From IMG/VR virus record IMGVR_UViG_3300008262_000001: 64,000 nucleotides of DNA; one strand, given 5' to 3'. The stretch is from a virus. Taxonomy: Duplodnaviria > Caudoviricetes. The notes beneath the pieces were generated by a model that saw only the letters and a list, made by a program, of their open reading frames with translations, made no database searches and was not told the origin of the DNA. A program made the translations under genes and the position numbers. Shown one piece after another: positions 8,845 through 19,927 of this stretch; position 1 is the stretch's first letter, and every line of letters starts with the position of its first letter.

Positions 8845-9759
8845 TCAATTGAATTCTTTTAGATATTTAAGTAGAGCCAAATCCTTCATTTTTACCTCCA
8901 ATTCAATTGACAATTCAAATCCATGTGTCTCTATTTTCTGATGTATCCAATCGGAATGTGCAACCTCTTTAGAACTTGAATCCTCAAATAATTTTCTGGA
9001 ATCCGAATAATGGACTAATGGAGTAAAATCTTTCCACGTAGAAACACATATTGATAGCGAATCGTATTCTGTTAGTCCTGAAGGGGGATTGCAAATATTA
9101 TGTAAATAATCAAATGTGATTGGTATTCCTATTTTTGAATGCACAAGATTCATAAGATCTACTGATGTAAATTGTGATTTTTTATCATCAATCTCTACAA
9201 CCAATCTGCTTTTTACATTGTGTGGTAAATCGAGATATATTTTACAAAACCTTTTTGCAGATTCTTGTTTAGTTGGTTTTGTTGTATTAATATGAATATT
9301 GATTGGGTATTCGTAACTTTGATCCAGACCCATTAAATCCATAATCTGAGCATGCTGATTGAGCTCCTTTATTGATTTTGTAACTACATCAGCTCTTTCT
9401 GAAGCTATAACACAATAAGGTGAAGGATGAAAACTTAAACGTTGGTCTAAGGACTTAGATAAATCCCCAGCTTTTTTCAGTGTTATCATTATTTCTTTGA
9501 AATCTGGAAGATCCTCTAATTCATATTCCGAACACCAAGGGAACATATCAGAGCTCATTCTGTACATTCTAATCCCAGATTGTCCATTAAACTCGATAAT
9601 TTTTATGAGATCCCTAACATTTCTAAGAGCAAGTTCTGAAACATAGACCAAACCCCTTTCTAAGAATGTTCTTTTAACCATTCCTCTATTTGTGGTTACG
9701 CCTTGATCTTCTAATGATAAACAGAGACAACAATATCCCATTCTTGGTTTATAATCCAT
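8845..9759 (-). CDS. uvsE: UV damage endonuclease
   Basis: MGYCCL, YRMSSDMFPW, RLSFHP and HYSDS...HSDWI motifs of the UvsE/UVDE family. Confidence 0.93.
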   Translation of the reverse strand: MDYKPRMGYCCLCLSLEDQGVTTNRGMVKRTFLERGLVYVSELALRNVRDLIKIIEFNGQSGIRMYRMSSDMFPWCSEYELEDLPDFKEIMITLKKAGDLSKSLDQRLSFHPSPYCVIASERADVVTKSIKELNQHAQIMDLMGLDQSYEYPINIHINTTKPTKQESAKRFCKIYLDLPHNVKSRLVVEIDDKKSQFTSVDLMNLVHSKIGIPITFDYLHNICNPPSGLTEYDSLSICVSTWKDFTPLVHYSDSRKLFEDSSSKEVAHSDWIHQKIETHGFELSIELEVKMKDLALLKYLKEFN

Positions 9760-9772
9760 AGTACAAAAATAA

Positions 9773-10522
9773 TCAAAAATTCTTAAGAGATTGGATGATT
9801 TTGAATCTTTCTCTTGCGTTGAGATTGTCTAAGTTGTCTTTCCCAGTGGATCTACGCAAAAGCTTTTTAAACTTAGCAGGATCAGAAGTTGCTCCTGCTT
9901 GGGCTGCAAATTCTCTAACATCTCTTCTTGAAGGAACTAAATCAACAACCCAAACTTTAATTGGAATGTTATATTGCAAAGCCAAGTTTATTCTTCTATT
10001 TCCAGAAAACAAATAATAGCTTGATTCAGAGGATGTTCTTGTTTCACCAAAGTTGATAAATCTAATGACTATCGGAGCAGGAAGATTTAAAGATCCATCA
10101 TTTTTAAGATCCTCCGCAATTTTAATTAAAACATCTCCATATGATTTACCGTAAGCTCCTGTGGTTATGTTATCAAATTCAAATGCCATCAAGTTCTGAA
10201 TTTTGTTGACATTAAATTCATCATCTGATATAATAGGAAGATTCTCATAATGACCCTTCTTAAAAGGCTCAGAGATGTATTTATAGAACTTTGTTGCTCT
10301 TGGGCTAACCTTACCTATATCTTTGTTACCGATCGTGATGTTATGCTGATAGAATTCAAGTTTTGCTTTATCATCATAATGATCTATTTCTTCAGCAAGA
10401 TCTGGTTTTTCCCAATTAATAACAAGGTTACCTTGTCCCTTTTGACCACTGAAAACCTTAGGAGATTCTCCTGTGTTTTTTTCTTCTTGTTCGACAACAA
10501 ATTGGTTTAGACGTAAGATCAT
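9773..10522 (-). CDS. ParB/Srx-like domain protein with a tag-like N-terminus
   Basis: LPAPIVI...YLFSGNRRINLA...IPIKVWVV; N-terminus MILRLNQFVVE; GATATATA at 10528-10535. Confidence 0.55.
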   Translation of the reverse strand: MILRLNQFVVEQEEKNTGESPKVFSGQKGQGNLVINWEKPDLAEEIDHYDDKAKLEFYQHNITIGNKDIGKVSPRATKFYKYISEPFKKGHYENLPIISDDEFNVNKIQNLMAFEFDNITTGAYGKSYGDVLIKIAEDLKNDGSLNLPAPIVIRFINFGETRTSSESSYYLFSGNRRINLALQYNIPIKVWVVDLVPSRRDVREFAAQAGATSDPAKFKKLLRRSTGKDNLDNLNARERFKIIQSLKNF

Positions 10523-10547
10523 TTAACTATATATCTTTTTTTCAAAT

Positions 10548-12329
10548 CTAATTTGATAGCCATTTTTTTCTAGCATCAGAGGAATCCCCAAATGCCATTT
10601 CAAGCTTCTCTTTGCTATCAGAACTTTCTTCTATAATCCATAAGGATTTGTCCTTCATAACCCATTCCCAGTCATCCAAAGCTAACGATCCTAATCCTTT
10701 AAGGTATCTTGCCGTTCCGGATGGCTTAGATCTTTTAAACTCGTCTAAATCCCAAAAGTATTTTCTTTTCTTTCCATCACCTATTGACACCAAAGGAATT
10801 CTTAATGAACCTAACCTTTTATTTTTAACGACCATAGGAAACCACTTGTAAAAAAGATTGATCAAAAGAGCTGTTATGTGTGAACCATCTGGGTCGGGGT
10901 CAGTAGCAATTACTATTTTTTTATAGCCAATTATTTCAGAGTTTCTGGAAGTGGGGTCTAATCCCAAAATGTGCATGAGCTCAAGAATCTCCTTGTTGTC
11001 TGATAAATCCCCTATGTTTTTACAATTTTTTATTTTCCCTTTCAGGGCATAGACACCATCTTCCTTAGGATTTCTCTTCTGTAAAATACTTCCCATAGCT
11101 GAAAGTCCTTCAACTATAAATAGATTTTCGGCAACCGATCTTTGAGCAGGAAAATATTTATGAGAATTTTTGATGTTGACCTTTCTTTTCTCTGCTCTAA
11201 GTTTTTTTACGTAGCCATCATTTTTCCTTTCCTCAACTTTCTTTGAAATTCTATCATAAAGAGGGGTTTTAAAAAATGTTTGTAACTTAGAACCAAACTT
11301 CGACATTAAAAGGGATTCAATTTCTTCCCTTGTAGTAACAAATCTTGTTTTATTCTGGTCACCGAACTTAACATATTTAGGTGGCAAGTTTAAGACTATT
11401 AAACAATCATAGAAATGATGCCCTAGAGTGTCTTCCAATCTTTCATTTACAAAATCATTGACTATTTTTTGGTGTATTCCTGAACAAAGGGCAGAATTCA
11501 CAAAACTTAAAGAACCCGATCCTTCATACTTTTCCCAAATTGAAATCTGTCCAATTTCTGTGTTTATTTTAAAAGACTCTTCTGGTAAGAAATCAAGATC
11601 TAGATCTACCTTTTCTTCATCCCAAAAAAGATCGATTGAGAGCTTATCCAATATGGGATCTCTTTTTATTAAATCATATTTTAGAATCAATATTGAGGAA
11701 AGAACTTCCCTATCCCATTTAGATCCGCCAAATACATCAGAAATAGGAATGAACTTCACAGTTGTTCCTGTCTTGGTAGATTCTTTTTTCTTTTCAATAA
11801 CAGGATCATTTGATTCGTAGTTTTTCCATTCTTGATAATAGGAAAATTTGTCATTTGTTGTTGATATGCTAAAATGTTTGGAAAGTACATTGACCAAGGC
11901 TACACCCATTCCATTTGTACCCACTAAAGATTCTTCTACATCATCGTTTTCAAAATTCGATCCAGCTCTTAATTGAGAAACTGCAGTTTCAATATTGCTT
12001 TTACCACTTGTTGAATTAATTTCTGTTCCTTTATAAAAGCCATTTCCTGTATCCTCTACAGAAACTGAATTAGATTTAGTGTCAATCTTGATAAGGATCT
12101 TTTTCATCTTACCTCCCATCCTTTTGGCTTCATCTAATGAATTAGAAAAAACTTCATCGAAAAGTTTATACATTCCAACAGAGATTGACCTTTGTTCTAC
12201 AAAAACCTTATTCTGTTTGATTATGGGAACTTTTTCATCTGTTGGTTTAACACTTCCAACATAGACAGTTGGCCTTAATAAAATGTGATCCCTTTCAGAT
12301 AAAACTCGAATTTCCTTTTTCGAAGACAT
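10548..12329 (-). CDS. Type II topoisomerase ATPase/TOPRIM subunit (GyrB/ParE/gp39+60-like); likely start MSSKK at 12329
   Basis: HILLRPTVYVGS, EVFSNSLDE, GTNGMG (GHKL), LFIVEGLSA, PDPDGSHI, YLKGLGS. Confidence 0.95.
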   Translation of the reverse strand: MSSKKEIRVLSERDHILLRPTVYVGSVKPTDEKVPIIKQNKVFVEQRSISVGMYKLFDEVFSNSLDEAKRMGGKMKKILIKIDTKSNSVSVEDTGNGFYKGTEINSTSGKSNIETAVSQLRAGSNFENDDVEESLVGTNGMGVALVNVLSKHFSISTTNDKFSYYQEWKNYESNDPVIEKKKESTKTGTTVKFIPISDVFGGSKWDREVLSSILILKYDLIKRDPILDKLSIDLFWDEEKVDLDLDFLPEESFKINTEIGQISIWEKYEGSGSLSFVNSALCSGIHQKIVNDFVNERLEDTLGHHFYDCLIVLNLPPKYVKFGDQNKTRFVTTREEIESLLMSKFGSKLQTFFKTPLYDRISKKVEERKNDGYVKKLRAEKRKVNIKNSHKYFPAQRSVAENLFIVEGLSAMGSILQKRNPKEDGVYALKGKIKNCKNIGDLSDNKEILELMHILGLDPTSRNSEIIGYKKIVIATDPDPDGSHITALLINLFYKWFPMVVKNKRLGSLRIPLVSIGDGKKRKYFWDLDEFKRSKPSGTARYLKGLGSLALDDWEWVMKDKSLWIIEESSDSKEKLEMAFGDSSDARKKWLSN

Positions 12330-12518
12330 TAATTGATTCTTTAAGTATTGAAATAAAAATACCTCTGTACCATCCGCACACCTCGTTGTCATCTTCTTTT
12401 TGGAAATGGAAATGATCTAAGTCTATCTCCCTATCGCTCCAATCGGATTCAAACAATGACATTTTTGATCTGCACTGATATACCATAAGATTTTAATACT
12501 TAAAGAAGGAAAAGTTTC

Positions 12519-12899
12519 TTAAAAGTGCCTGTAAATCAAGCCTTCATTGATATTATTCCTTTTGCAAGTTCCTCCCAAAAGTTCCACCACAGTATCAGCA
12601 GAATCACAACTGTATTTTAAACAATCATCAGATAAGCAGGGCTCACAGTTGTGATAAATTTTTTTGACTTTACCCTTTTCTATAAAAAGAATATCTAATG
12701 GAATTTCACAATCTTTCATGTGAAATGATCTATTTGCATTGGCCCCAAAATTAAAAAGCATCCCCTCATTATCGAGGAGATGCTTTCTGTTGGATAGGCC
12801 TTGGGGAAAGTCTTTACATTCTTCTAAAACAAAAGTGTGTTCCCCTATTTTTACTAAATGGAAATCTAAAACTTTATTATCTTCTTGAGAATTTATCAT
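12519..12899 (-). CDS. DUF192-family protein
   Basis: GLSNR..L...EGMLF.F...FHMKDCEIPLDILFI...VVEL.GG. Confidence 0.8.
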   Translation of the reverse strand: MINSQEDNKVLDFHLVKIGEHTFVLEECKDFPQGLSNRKHLLDNEGMLFNFGANANRSFHMKDCEIPLDILFIEKGKVKKIYHNCEPCLSDDCLKYSCDSADTVVELLGGTCKRNNINEGLIYRHF

Positions 12900-13378
12900 T
12901 TGATAAAAACTTCATCAACATTATCAGGATCGATTTCTATTACTACGTTTTTATTCTTCATTGAGTATGGAATTCCAAGAATTACTCCCTTTACCATATC
13001 AACTTCTTTGACTATAAATTCAGAATCTACAAAAATGTTTGATTCCATATCTTCGTCTTCATCTTCAAATCTATCTGCAAATTCATCACCTTCTTCAGGC
13101 TCTACTTCAGTTGGCTTAGCTCTCATGCCCATTTCTGCATAAAGATCTTTTATGTATTGTGGTGCATTTTTACCTTGAGAAGGAATTTCTGCAATGAGAG
13201 TAACTTCTTCTAAGTCCCCAGTCATTACTTGCCCTAATAGATCCTGAAGTTCTGGAAGAAGTCTATTTCTTTTTATAGTTCTTTCTGAATTGAAATCTGT
13301 ACCTCTATATAAAGGAATTCCTGACTCATTGATTGAGTTTGATTCATTTACAAATTGTATAAATCTTAAGATTTGCAT
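12896..13378 (-). CDS. Hypothetical acidic protein with a capsid-targeting-like N-terminus (start revised to MQILRFIQFVNES)
   Basis: GATATATAA at 13395-13403 lies between the track start and the ATG at 13378. Confidence 0.7.
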   Translation of the reverse strand: MQILRFIQFVNESNSINESGIPLYRGTDFNSERTIKRNRLLPELQDLLGQVMTGDLEEVTLIAEIPSQGKNAPQYIKDLYAEMGMRAKPTEVEPEEGDEFADRFEDEDEDMESNIFVDSEFIVKEVDMVKGVILGIPYSMKNKNVVIEIDPDNVDEVFIK

Positions 13379-13403
13379 TTTATAACTTTTTGAGTTATAT
13401 ATC

Positions 13404-14618
13404 TCAAGATTCAACTGGTTCTGCTACTTCTGCTGGTTGAGGGGTTAAAGACTTCGAATAGAACTCCATATTTTTAGCAATTCTATCCTTCTCGTTTTGA
13501 GGAAGAGCAGCATAAATAGGACTGTTCATAATGACAGCTGTTGTTTTGTATGCCTCTTCAGCGTTTCCATTATAAAATGCTAAAACAGAATATTCATCGG
13601 GCATTCTCCATCTCCAAATGTCATCTTCTACAAATAGGATGTCAGAGCAAGGTCCAGTTTTCATACCAATTGAAGAGAGAGCAAAAGCAAGAGCATATCT
13701 CTTCTTAACACCTAAGAATTTGATCAAGTGATATAAGGCTTCAAGTCTATTAGGACGGTATTCCCAAGCTGAAAGGTAGGCGTCGATGACTTCTGCATCC
13801 GGTGCTTCGATACCTTGCTTTTGTCTTGCTATCCAATATTTAGAAATATAAACTTCTTCGTTCCAGCCACCTAGATCAACTCTTCTTTGGTATGCCTCAA
13901 TGGATCTGTCTGCCATTCCTGCATCTCTATAACTTTGAGCCATGTAGAAAACATATCTTCTCTCAAGGTCCATAGGCATGTTTTCTTTTGGTGTGGTTAC
14001 CAAGGCCTTTTCAAAAATCAAAGCATCATTATAATATTTGTCTTTGCCCTTGATATCTCTGTTGTGTCCAGAAACTGAAGCGTGCATTTCAACACCTTCC
14101 AAAAAGTCCTCTTCAAGTTGTACACCCTCTGGACCTGAAATGTATTCGTGTAGAACTCCGACGTATTTCCAATCTTGATCTCCTCTTACTATTTGAGTTC
14201 TGTAATAGGCTAAAGAGTTAAGTCTGATTTTAACCTTGTAGCAATCCTTTGTAAGATTTTCAAAAGGTGATTTAGTATCATCAACCACTAAAACATCATC
14301 AGCATCAATTACCAAACGATAATCGGCTTTTCCTTTTGAATAGGCAAGACTTTCTGTTCTATTGTGACCATAATCTACCCAAGGTCTTTCATGAAGTTCC
14401 CCAGGAATCCCACATTCTTTCATGTAGTCTTTGATGATGTCCTGAGTTCCATCTGTAGATCCAGTGTCTACTATTACCCAATGATTGATGTGGGCTTTAA
14501 CTGAATCTATACATCTTTTAATAACTTGTGATTCATTTTTTACTATCATCACAAGACAAACTGAGGGCTTCTTTTTAGGTTCCTCCATTACTCCATCTTC
14601 TGTTTTTTTACGGCTCAT
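13404..14618 (-). CDS. Family 2 glycosyltransferase with a C-terminal TPR region
   Basis: CLVMIVKNE, VDTGSTDGT, IDAD, HE motif and helical TPR-like repeats. Confidence 0.88.
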   Translation of the reverse strand: MSRKKTEDGVMEEPKKKPSVCLVMIVKNESQVIKRCIDSVKAHINHWVIVDTGSTDGTQDIIKDYMKECGIPGELHERPWVDYGHNRTESLAYSKGKADYRLVIDADDVLVVDDTKSPFENLTKDCYKVKIRLNSLAYYRTQIVRGDQDWKYVGVLHEYISGPEGVQLEEDFLEGVEMHASVSGHNRDIKGKDKYYNDALIFEKALVTTPKENMPMDLERRYVFYMAQSYRDAGMADRSIEAYQRRVDLGGWNEEVYISKYWIARQKQGIEAPDAEVIDAYLSAWEYRPNRLEALYHLIKFLGVKKRYALAFALSSIGMKTGPCSDILFVEDDIWRWRMPDEYSVLAFYNGNAEEAYKTTAVIMNSPIYAALPQNEKDRIAKNMEFYSKSLTPQPAEVAEPVES

Positions 14619-14666
14619 AATTTTTTATTTTAATTTTGATCTTAGACTTTATACGGGGAAAGCTAA

Positions 14667-15260
14667 TTAAATTTCATTCAAACGATCAAAAATATCATCT
14701 GTTATGTGTTCCAATTCTTGTGTTCCGTCTATTTTATAGAAGGATTTAGATTTTCTCATGGATTTTATCATAGGAGATGTTTTTTCTTGATACTCATCCA
14801 TTCTTTTTTGGAAAGCTTTAGGATCAGCATCATCTGCTCTGCCTGAAGTTTTAGATCTTTCTTTGATTCTAGCTTGTAAAGTCTCCTCAGGAACTTCTAA
14901 ATAGAATATATTTACTATTTCCAGTCCATGATCCTCACAGATTTTTTCAAAGAATTTCTTCTGATCCAAGTTTCTTGGATAGCCATCGAAAATGAATCCA
15001 CTTGAATCTTGATTAGAACTTATAAATTTGCTAAGCTCTTCTGCAACAATATCATCTGGAAGTAATTCCCCGGTCTTCATCATGCTTTTAATTTTGGAAC
15101 TTTGAGAATCTCTCAATATTTCACCAGTTGAAACATGTAAGTATCCGGTTTTATTTGATAAAATTTCGGACTGAGTTCCTTTACCACACCCAGGAGGTCC
15201 AACAAACAAAATGCACGGTTTAGACTTCCCGGAAAATTCACCGAATTTTTTAATCTTCAT
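14667..15260 (-). CDS. adk: Adenylate kinase (short LID)
   Basis: GPPGCGKGTQS, HVSTG, FDGYPR, SGRADD. Confidence 0.93.
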   Translation of the reverse strand: MKIKKFGEFSGKSKPCILFVGPPGCGKGTQSEILSNKTGYLHVSTGEILRDSQSSKIKSMMKTGELLPDDIVAEELSKFISSNQDSSGFIFDGYPRNLDQKKFFEKICEDHGLEIVNIFYLEVPEETLQARIKERSKTSGRADDADPKAFQKRMDEYQEKTSPMIKSMRKSKSFYKIDGTQELEHITDDIFDRLNEI

Positions 15261-15275
15261 ACCAATAATTATTTC

Positions 15276-17648
15276 TTAAGATCCACAAGCAATACAATCA
15301 TCAGGATTATCAATACTGCAAGTTAAATCACTTAAATTTTCTTCTTCAGTTTTGATCTGAACTTCTTGTACTTTAGACATATCAATTCCTAAACCTTTAA
15401 TAGCTGTGGTAGCTGCTTTAGTCCTGATATAATAACTTCCAGTTTTTAAACCTGCACTCCAAGAATAAAAATGTGCTGAAGATAGCTTAGCGAAATTAGC
15501 ATCTTGTACAAACAAGTTCATGCTCTGACTTTGACAAATAAATGGTGCTCTAGCTGCAGCATGGTCGATTATAATTTTTTGACTCATCTCCCAAGCTGTT
15601 TTATAAATAGCTTTGATATCACTTGGTATTTCATCTATGTCCTGAACAGATCCGTTGTTAATGATAATTTTGTCCCTAAGGTTATCATTCCAAAGACCAA
15701 GCTTAACAAGATCCTTCACTAAGTGTTTATTAACTACTGGAAATTCTCCCGACAGGGTTTTTCTTATATAAATGTTAGAAGTGAATGGTTCAAAACATTC
15801 GGTATTGCCTAAGATTTGACTTGTTGATGCTGTTGGCATTGGAGCAAGAAGTAAAGAATTTCTAGCTCCGCTCTTTAGGATTTTAGATCTAAGAGTTTCC
15901 CAATCCCAACGATCTGATGGTGTTTGACCCCAAAGATCGAATTGGAAATTACCTTCTGACAATGGTGATCCTGGGAAAGATTCGTATGCACCTTCTGTTT
16001 GGGCAAGGTCAGCAGAAGCTTCCATTGCTCCATAATAAATTGTTTCGAAAATTTCTCTATCTAATTGTTTGGCTTCTTCAGAGTCAAAGGCTATTTTCAT
16101 AATAGCAAAAGTGTCTGCTAATCCTTGAACTCCTATTCCTATGGGTCTATGTCTTAAATTAGATTTCTTAGTCTCTCTGGTAGGATAATAATTTACATCT
16201 ATAACCCTATTTAAATTAAATGTAACAGTGTAGGCTATATCTTTAAGAGCGTTAAAATCATACTTTGGTTTTTTGCCAGGAATAATAAATTTAGGAAGAG
16301 CTATCGATGCAAGATTACAAACTGCTGTTTCTTCAGAATTAGAATATTCAATAATTTCAGTACATAAATTCGAGGATTTAATGGTACCTAAATTCTTTTG
16401 ATTTGATTTCTGGTTAGCAGCATCCTTATAAAGCATATATGGAACTCCAGTTTCTATCTGAGCTTCTATAATCTTATACCAAAGATCCTGAGCTTTAAAA
16501 GTTTTTCTTCCCTTGCCTTCTGATTCATATCTAGTATAAAGCTTTTTGAAATCGTCACCATAAACATCAGATAAGCCAGGAGCTTCATCTGGAGAAAATA
16601 ACGTCCAATCACTGTTTTCTTTAACCCTCTCCATGAATAAGTCTGGAATCCATAAAGCTAAAAATAAATCTCTTGCTCTTAATTCCTCTTTACCGTGATT
16701 TTTTCTCAAATTCAAAAAATCTTCAACATCACAGTGCCATGGTTCTAGGTACACTGCGAAAGACCCCTTTCTACGCCCGCCTCCTTGGTCAACATACCTA
16801 GCAGTTTCATTAAAGACTTTAAGCATTGGGATTATCCCATTAGAATTTCCGTTTGTTCCTTTGATATAAGAACCTGTTCCTCTAATGTCATGAATATGAA
16901 GTCCAATTCCTCCAGCATTTTTAGATATCTGAGCAACATCTGAAAGTGTTTTATAAATTCCCTGAATTGAATCCTCGTGCATGGAGATTAAAAAACAAGA
17001 AGATAATTGGGGTCTTCTAGTTCCAGAATTGAAAAGAGTAGGGGTAGCGTGTGTGAAAAATCCTTGACTCATTAAGTCATAAGTTTTGAATGCTGATGCT
17101 AAATCTTCTTTGTGGATTCCGATAGCAACTCTCATTATCATTTGTTGAGGTCTTTCAGCTGGAAGTCCGTCTATTTTTAAAAGATAAGATTTCTCAAGAG
17201 TTTTAAAACCAAAATAATCATAGTCCAAATCTCTATCAGTTATAATCTGTGAGTCAATAGCTTGTGAGTTGTCCATAATTATTTTATAGACATCATCCGC
17301 TATCATAGGAGCTTTATTTCCTGTTTTTGGATCCACATAACTATAAAGCTGCTCTATAACCTGAGAAAAACTTTTAGGCGTTCTTTTATGAAGGGAAGTA
17401 ATGGAAATTCTTGCAGCTAAAATGGAATAATCAGGATGTGTAGGAGTTAAAGCTGCAGCTGTTTCTGCTGCTAAGACGTCTAATTCAACGGAAGATATTC
17501 CATCATATAAACCGTGTATTACTTTTTTTGCAATCTCCATTGGCTCGATATAGTCCATATTCAAACCATAGCATTGCTTTTTAACACGATTTAAGATCTT
17601 ATCTAATTTTACTTTTTCCTTAGATCCATTTCTTTTAATTACTTCCAT
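15276..17648 (-). CDS. nrdA: Class Ia ribonucleotide reductase alpha subunit
   Basis: ATP cone, [24 protein letters not shown] and C-terminal CIACGS; uninterrupted. Confidence 0.98.
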   Translation of the reverse strand: MEVIKRNGSKEKVKLDKILNRVKKQCYGLNMDYIEPMEIAKKVIHGLYDGISSVELDVLAAETAAALTPTHPDYSILAARISITSLHKRTPKSFSQVIEQLYSYVDPKTGNKAPMIADDVYKIIMDNSQAIDSQIITDRDLDYDYFGFKTLEKSYLLKIDGLPAERPQQMIMRVAIGIHKEDLASAFKTYDLMSQGFFTHATPTLFNSGTRRPQLSSCFLISMHEDSIQGIYKTLSDVAQISKNAGGIGLHIHDIRGTGSYIKGTNGNSNGIIPMLKVFNETARYVDQGGGRRKGSFAVYLEPWHCDVEDFLNLRKNHGKEELRARDLFLALWIPDLFMERVKENSDWTLFSPDEAPGLSDVYGDDFKKLYTRYESEGKGRKTFKAQDLWYKIIEAQIETGVPYMLYKDAANQKSNQKNLGTIKSSNLCTEIIEYSNSEETAVCNLASIALPKFIIPGKKPKYDFNALKDIAYTVTFNLNRVIDVNYYPTRETKKSNLRHRPIGIGVQGLADTFAIMKIAFDSEEAKQLDREIFETIYYGAMEASADLAQTEGAYESFPGSPLSEGNFQFDLWGQTPSDRWDWETLRSKILKSGARNSLLLAPMPTASTSQILGNTECFEPFTSNIYIRKTLSGEFPVVNKHLVKDLVKLGLWNDNLRDKIIINNGSVQDIDEIPSDIKAIYKTAWEMSQKIIIDHAAARAPFICQSQSMNLFVQDANFAKLSSAHFYSWSAGLKTGSYYIRTKAATTAIKGLGIDMSKVQEVQIKTEEENLSDLTCSIDNPDDCIACGS

Positions 17649-17720
17649 TCTTTATACTTTATTTTTGTTTTATCGACTTTTTTCCTACAGTTTCTAAATT
17701 CATTAAAAAATAAATCAGAA

Positions 17721-18335
17721 TTACTGGATTTGTAAAACGTTCACGAAGAAAGATCCAGTACTAATGTTGATTGTTCCGGAAGATCTGTTGGTAAATCTCA
17801 CTTCGACTAAATCGCCTGCAGTAAAACCACAGAAGCAAGTCCAGGAAGCTTTTTCATAAGAGACATCAAAGATAAGTTTTGGAACAACGCTCGAGTTAAC
17901 AATCAGAGAGATCCTGACTGGATCATAGGCATTTCCTGGACTATTGATTGTCATCACAAAATTGGCAGAAACTGTAATCATATACATACCAGTATTACCA
18001 ATAGTAAGCGAAGCATTGGTCGCTCCAAAAACACCATTAACACCCGTGATACCATTTACATTTCCAACCCTACCGGTTGTCCAAGTTTGATTAGCACCGG
18101 GTGTCAAAGAAGAGCTGAATGCACCAGTGGAAGCATTGGAGAATAATTCTCCGTAGTTCCCGCCAAGAAAAGGGCCAGTTGCTCCGGTAGCTCCAGTTGC
18201 ACCTGTAGCTCCTTCGACTGATCCATTATCGGAAAGATTCCAAAAACTGTCTATAAGATCGGAAAAATCATCCTGGGAAACAATATTTCCTTGCGCAAAT
18301 AATTGTTTTAGCTGGGTTCTGGTTTTCTGAGACAC
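17721..18335 (-). CDS. Short collagen-repeat fibre/decoration-like protein
   Basis: N-terminal LKQLFAQG...QDDFSDLIDSFW, GATGATGATGATGP repeat and a beta-rich C-terminal domain; GATATATA at 18351-18358; GTG start. Confidence 0.6.
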   Translation of the reverse strand: MSQKTRTQLKQLFAQGNIVSQDDFSDLIDSFWNLSDNGSVEGATGATGATGATGPFLGGNYGELFSNASTGAFSSSLTPGANQTWTTGRVGNVNGITGVNGVFGATNASLTIGNTGMYMITVSANFVMTINSPGNAYDPVRISLIVNSSVVPKLIFDVSYEKASWTCFCGFTAGDLVEVRFTNRSSGTINISTGSFFVNVLQIQ

Positions 18336-18381
18336 TCGTTTGCTTTTATTTATATATCGAAAGAGGTCTCAGATTGACAAA

Positions 18382-19362
18382 TTAGAAATCAGCATTCATT
18401 GTGAATTCCTTCGTGCTTTGTGTGCCTTCTTTTGTACTATCCATTACTCCATTTTTCTGATATGATCCCACTCTACCTTCAAAGAAATTGCCTTTGTTTT
18501 CTAAAGCAATGTTGGTCATGAAATCAAATGGACATTTGGTATTCCAAATCTTAGAAAGACCCAAAGAAACAAGCAATCTATCAGCTACAAATTCAATATA
18601 TTGGCTCATCAAATCTGAATTCATTCCTATCAGTCTAACAGGAAGAGAAGATGTGATGAATTCCTTTTCAATTTCAACAGCCTCAGAGATAATTTGTTTT
18701 ACTTTGTCTTCTGAAAGTTTATTTTGAACATGGTCTGTGTACAATAGACATGCAAAATCACAATGAAGACCCTCGTCCCTAGAGATTAACTCGTTTGAGA
18801 AACAAAGTCCCGGCATTAGTCCTCTTTTCTTAAGCCAGAATATAGAACAGAATGAACCGGAAAAGAATATTCCTTCTACTGCAGCAAAAGCAATTAGCTT
18901 TTCTACAAAAGAACCTTTCTCTATCCATTTAAAAGCCCAATCTGCTTTTTTCTTAACTGAAGGTACTGTTTCAATAGCATTAAAGAGATGTTCTTTTTCT
19001 TGCTTGTCAGTGATATAAGTGTCAATCAACAGAGAATAGGTTTCTCCGTGTATATTTTCCATCATCAACTGAAAACCATAAAAACATCTTGCTTCAGGGT
19101 ATTGAACCTGGTTGAAGAAATTAGCTGCTAAGTTTTCATTTACGATTCCATCTGAATTATTAAAGAATGCTAGAACGTGCTTGATAAAGTATCTCTCATT
19201 ATCATTTAGTTTATCTCTCCAATGAGCAACATCTTGAGCAAGGTCAATCTCTTCTGCTGTCCAGAAACTAGCTTCAGCAGTTTTGTACATTTTCCATAAA
19301 TCATGATGTTGAACAGGTAATAATGAGAATCTTTGAGGATTCAATTCTAGTATTTTTTCCAT
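18382..19362 (-). CDS. nrdB: Class Ia ribonucleotide reductase beta subunit
   Basis: [30 protein letters not shown]. Confidence 0.98.
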   Translation of the reverse strand: MEKILELNPQRFSLLPVQHHDLWKMYKTAEASFWTAEEIDLAQDVAHWRDKLNDNERYFIKHVLAFFNNSDGIVNENLAANFFNQVQYPEARCFYGFQLMMENIHGETYSLLIDTYITDKQEKEHLFNAIETVPSVKKKADWAFKWIEKGSFVEKLIAFAAVEGIFFSGSFCSIFWLKKRGLMPGLCFSNELISRDEGLHCDFACLLYTDHVQNKLSEDKVKQIISEAVEIEKEFITSSLPVRLIGMNSDLMSQYIEFVADRLLVSLGLSKIWNTKCPFDFMTNIALENKGNFFEGRVGSYQKNGVMDSTKEGTQSTKEFTMNADF

Positions 19363-19449
19363 GAAATCTTATTTAGTTTATATATTGAAATGTGTTGATA
19401 ATGCCCCCCGGTTAGTAGAAAAATTTCACATCAAAAGGCAAAATAATTT

Positions 19450-19926
19450 TTAGTAACCTCTTTGCTGTCTATCTCTATTTTCTTTGTTCTTACTCATGTA
19501 CATATTGTACATTTCTTGAGGAGTCATACCAACAGAAATAGCATAGTTCATGAAGAAATGGAGCATATCTATGATCTCGAATTTGCACTCCAATTGATCT
19601 TCCGGAGATAAATCAGAGAATTTTTTATCAGAATAGCTTGTGTATGCTTTTTTCCACTTTTTCCATATTGCGCTTCCTCCAGAACTGATTCCTCCTAGAG
19701 CATCAGTTGCTTCATGAATTTCATCGATCATTGCGTGTGTGTTCATAGACCAGAACTCCATAACTTCCCGAAGGGACATTTTTTCAAAGTCATATCCGTA
19801 CACATTTTTTTGTGTGTCTGCCTGTAAATTCAAGATATCACCAAGAGTGTCTTGGTTAACACCAGATCTTTCAGCCCATAGGTTTTCAATTTCTAATTTA
19901 GCGCAAGTATTATCTGTGTTTGCCAT
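19450..19926 (-). CDS. Dimeric all-alpha dCTPase/dUTPase (T4 gp56-like)
   Basis: DEIHEA, FEIIDMLHF and C-terminal Y..KNKEN..RQ.RGY. Confidence 0.8.
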   Translation of the reverse strand: MANTDNTCAKLEIENLWAERSGVNQDTLGDILNLQADTQKNVYGYDFEKMSLREVMEFWSMNTHAMIDEIHEATDALGGISSGGSAIWKKWKKAYTSYSDKKFSDLSPEDQLECKFEIIDMLHFFMNYAISVGMTPQEMYNMYMSKNKENRDRQQRGY

Positions 19927-19927
19927 T

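Noticed and set aside
12295-12486. 63-aa ORF overlapping the topoisomerase start
   Set aside because: Possibly a real small gene, but it has no motif and overlaps the likely start at 12329; not supportable.
15276-19362. Inteins or introns in nrdA/nrdB, which are common in such phages
   Set aside because: Both ORFs have normal length and contiguous motifs.
19378-19393. Possible NrdR box upstream of nrdB (TATATATTG core)
   Set aside because: The flanks do not fit the palindromic acaCwAtATaTwGtgt consensus and there is no second box; it is better explained as the recurrent phage motif.
19390-19449. GC-rich patch in the dCTPase-nrdB spacer as a tRNA or ncRNA
   Set aside because: No cloverleaf, T-loop or long stable stem could be built.
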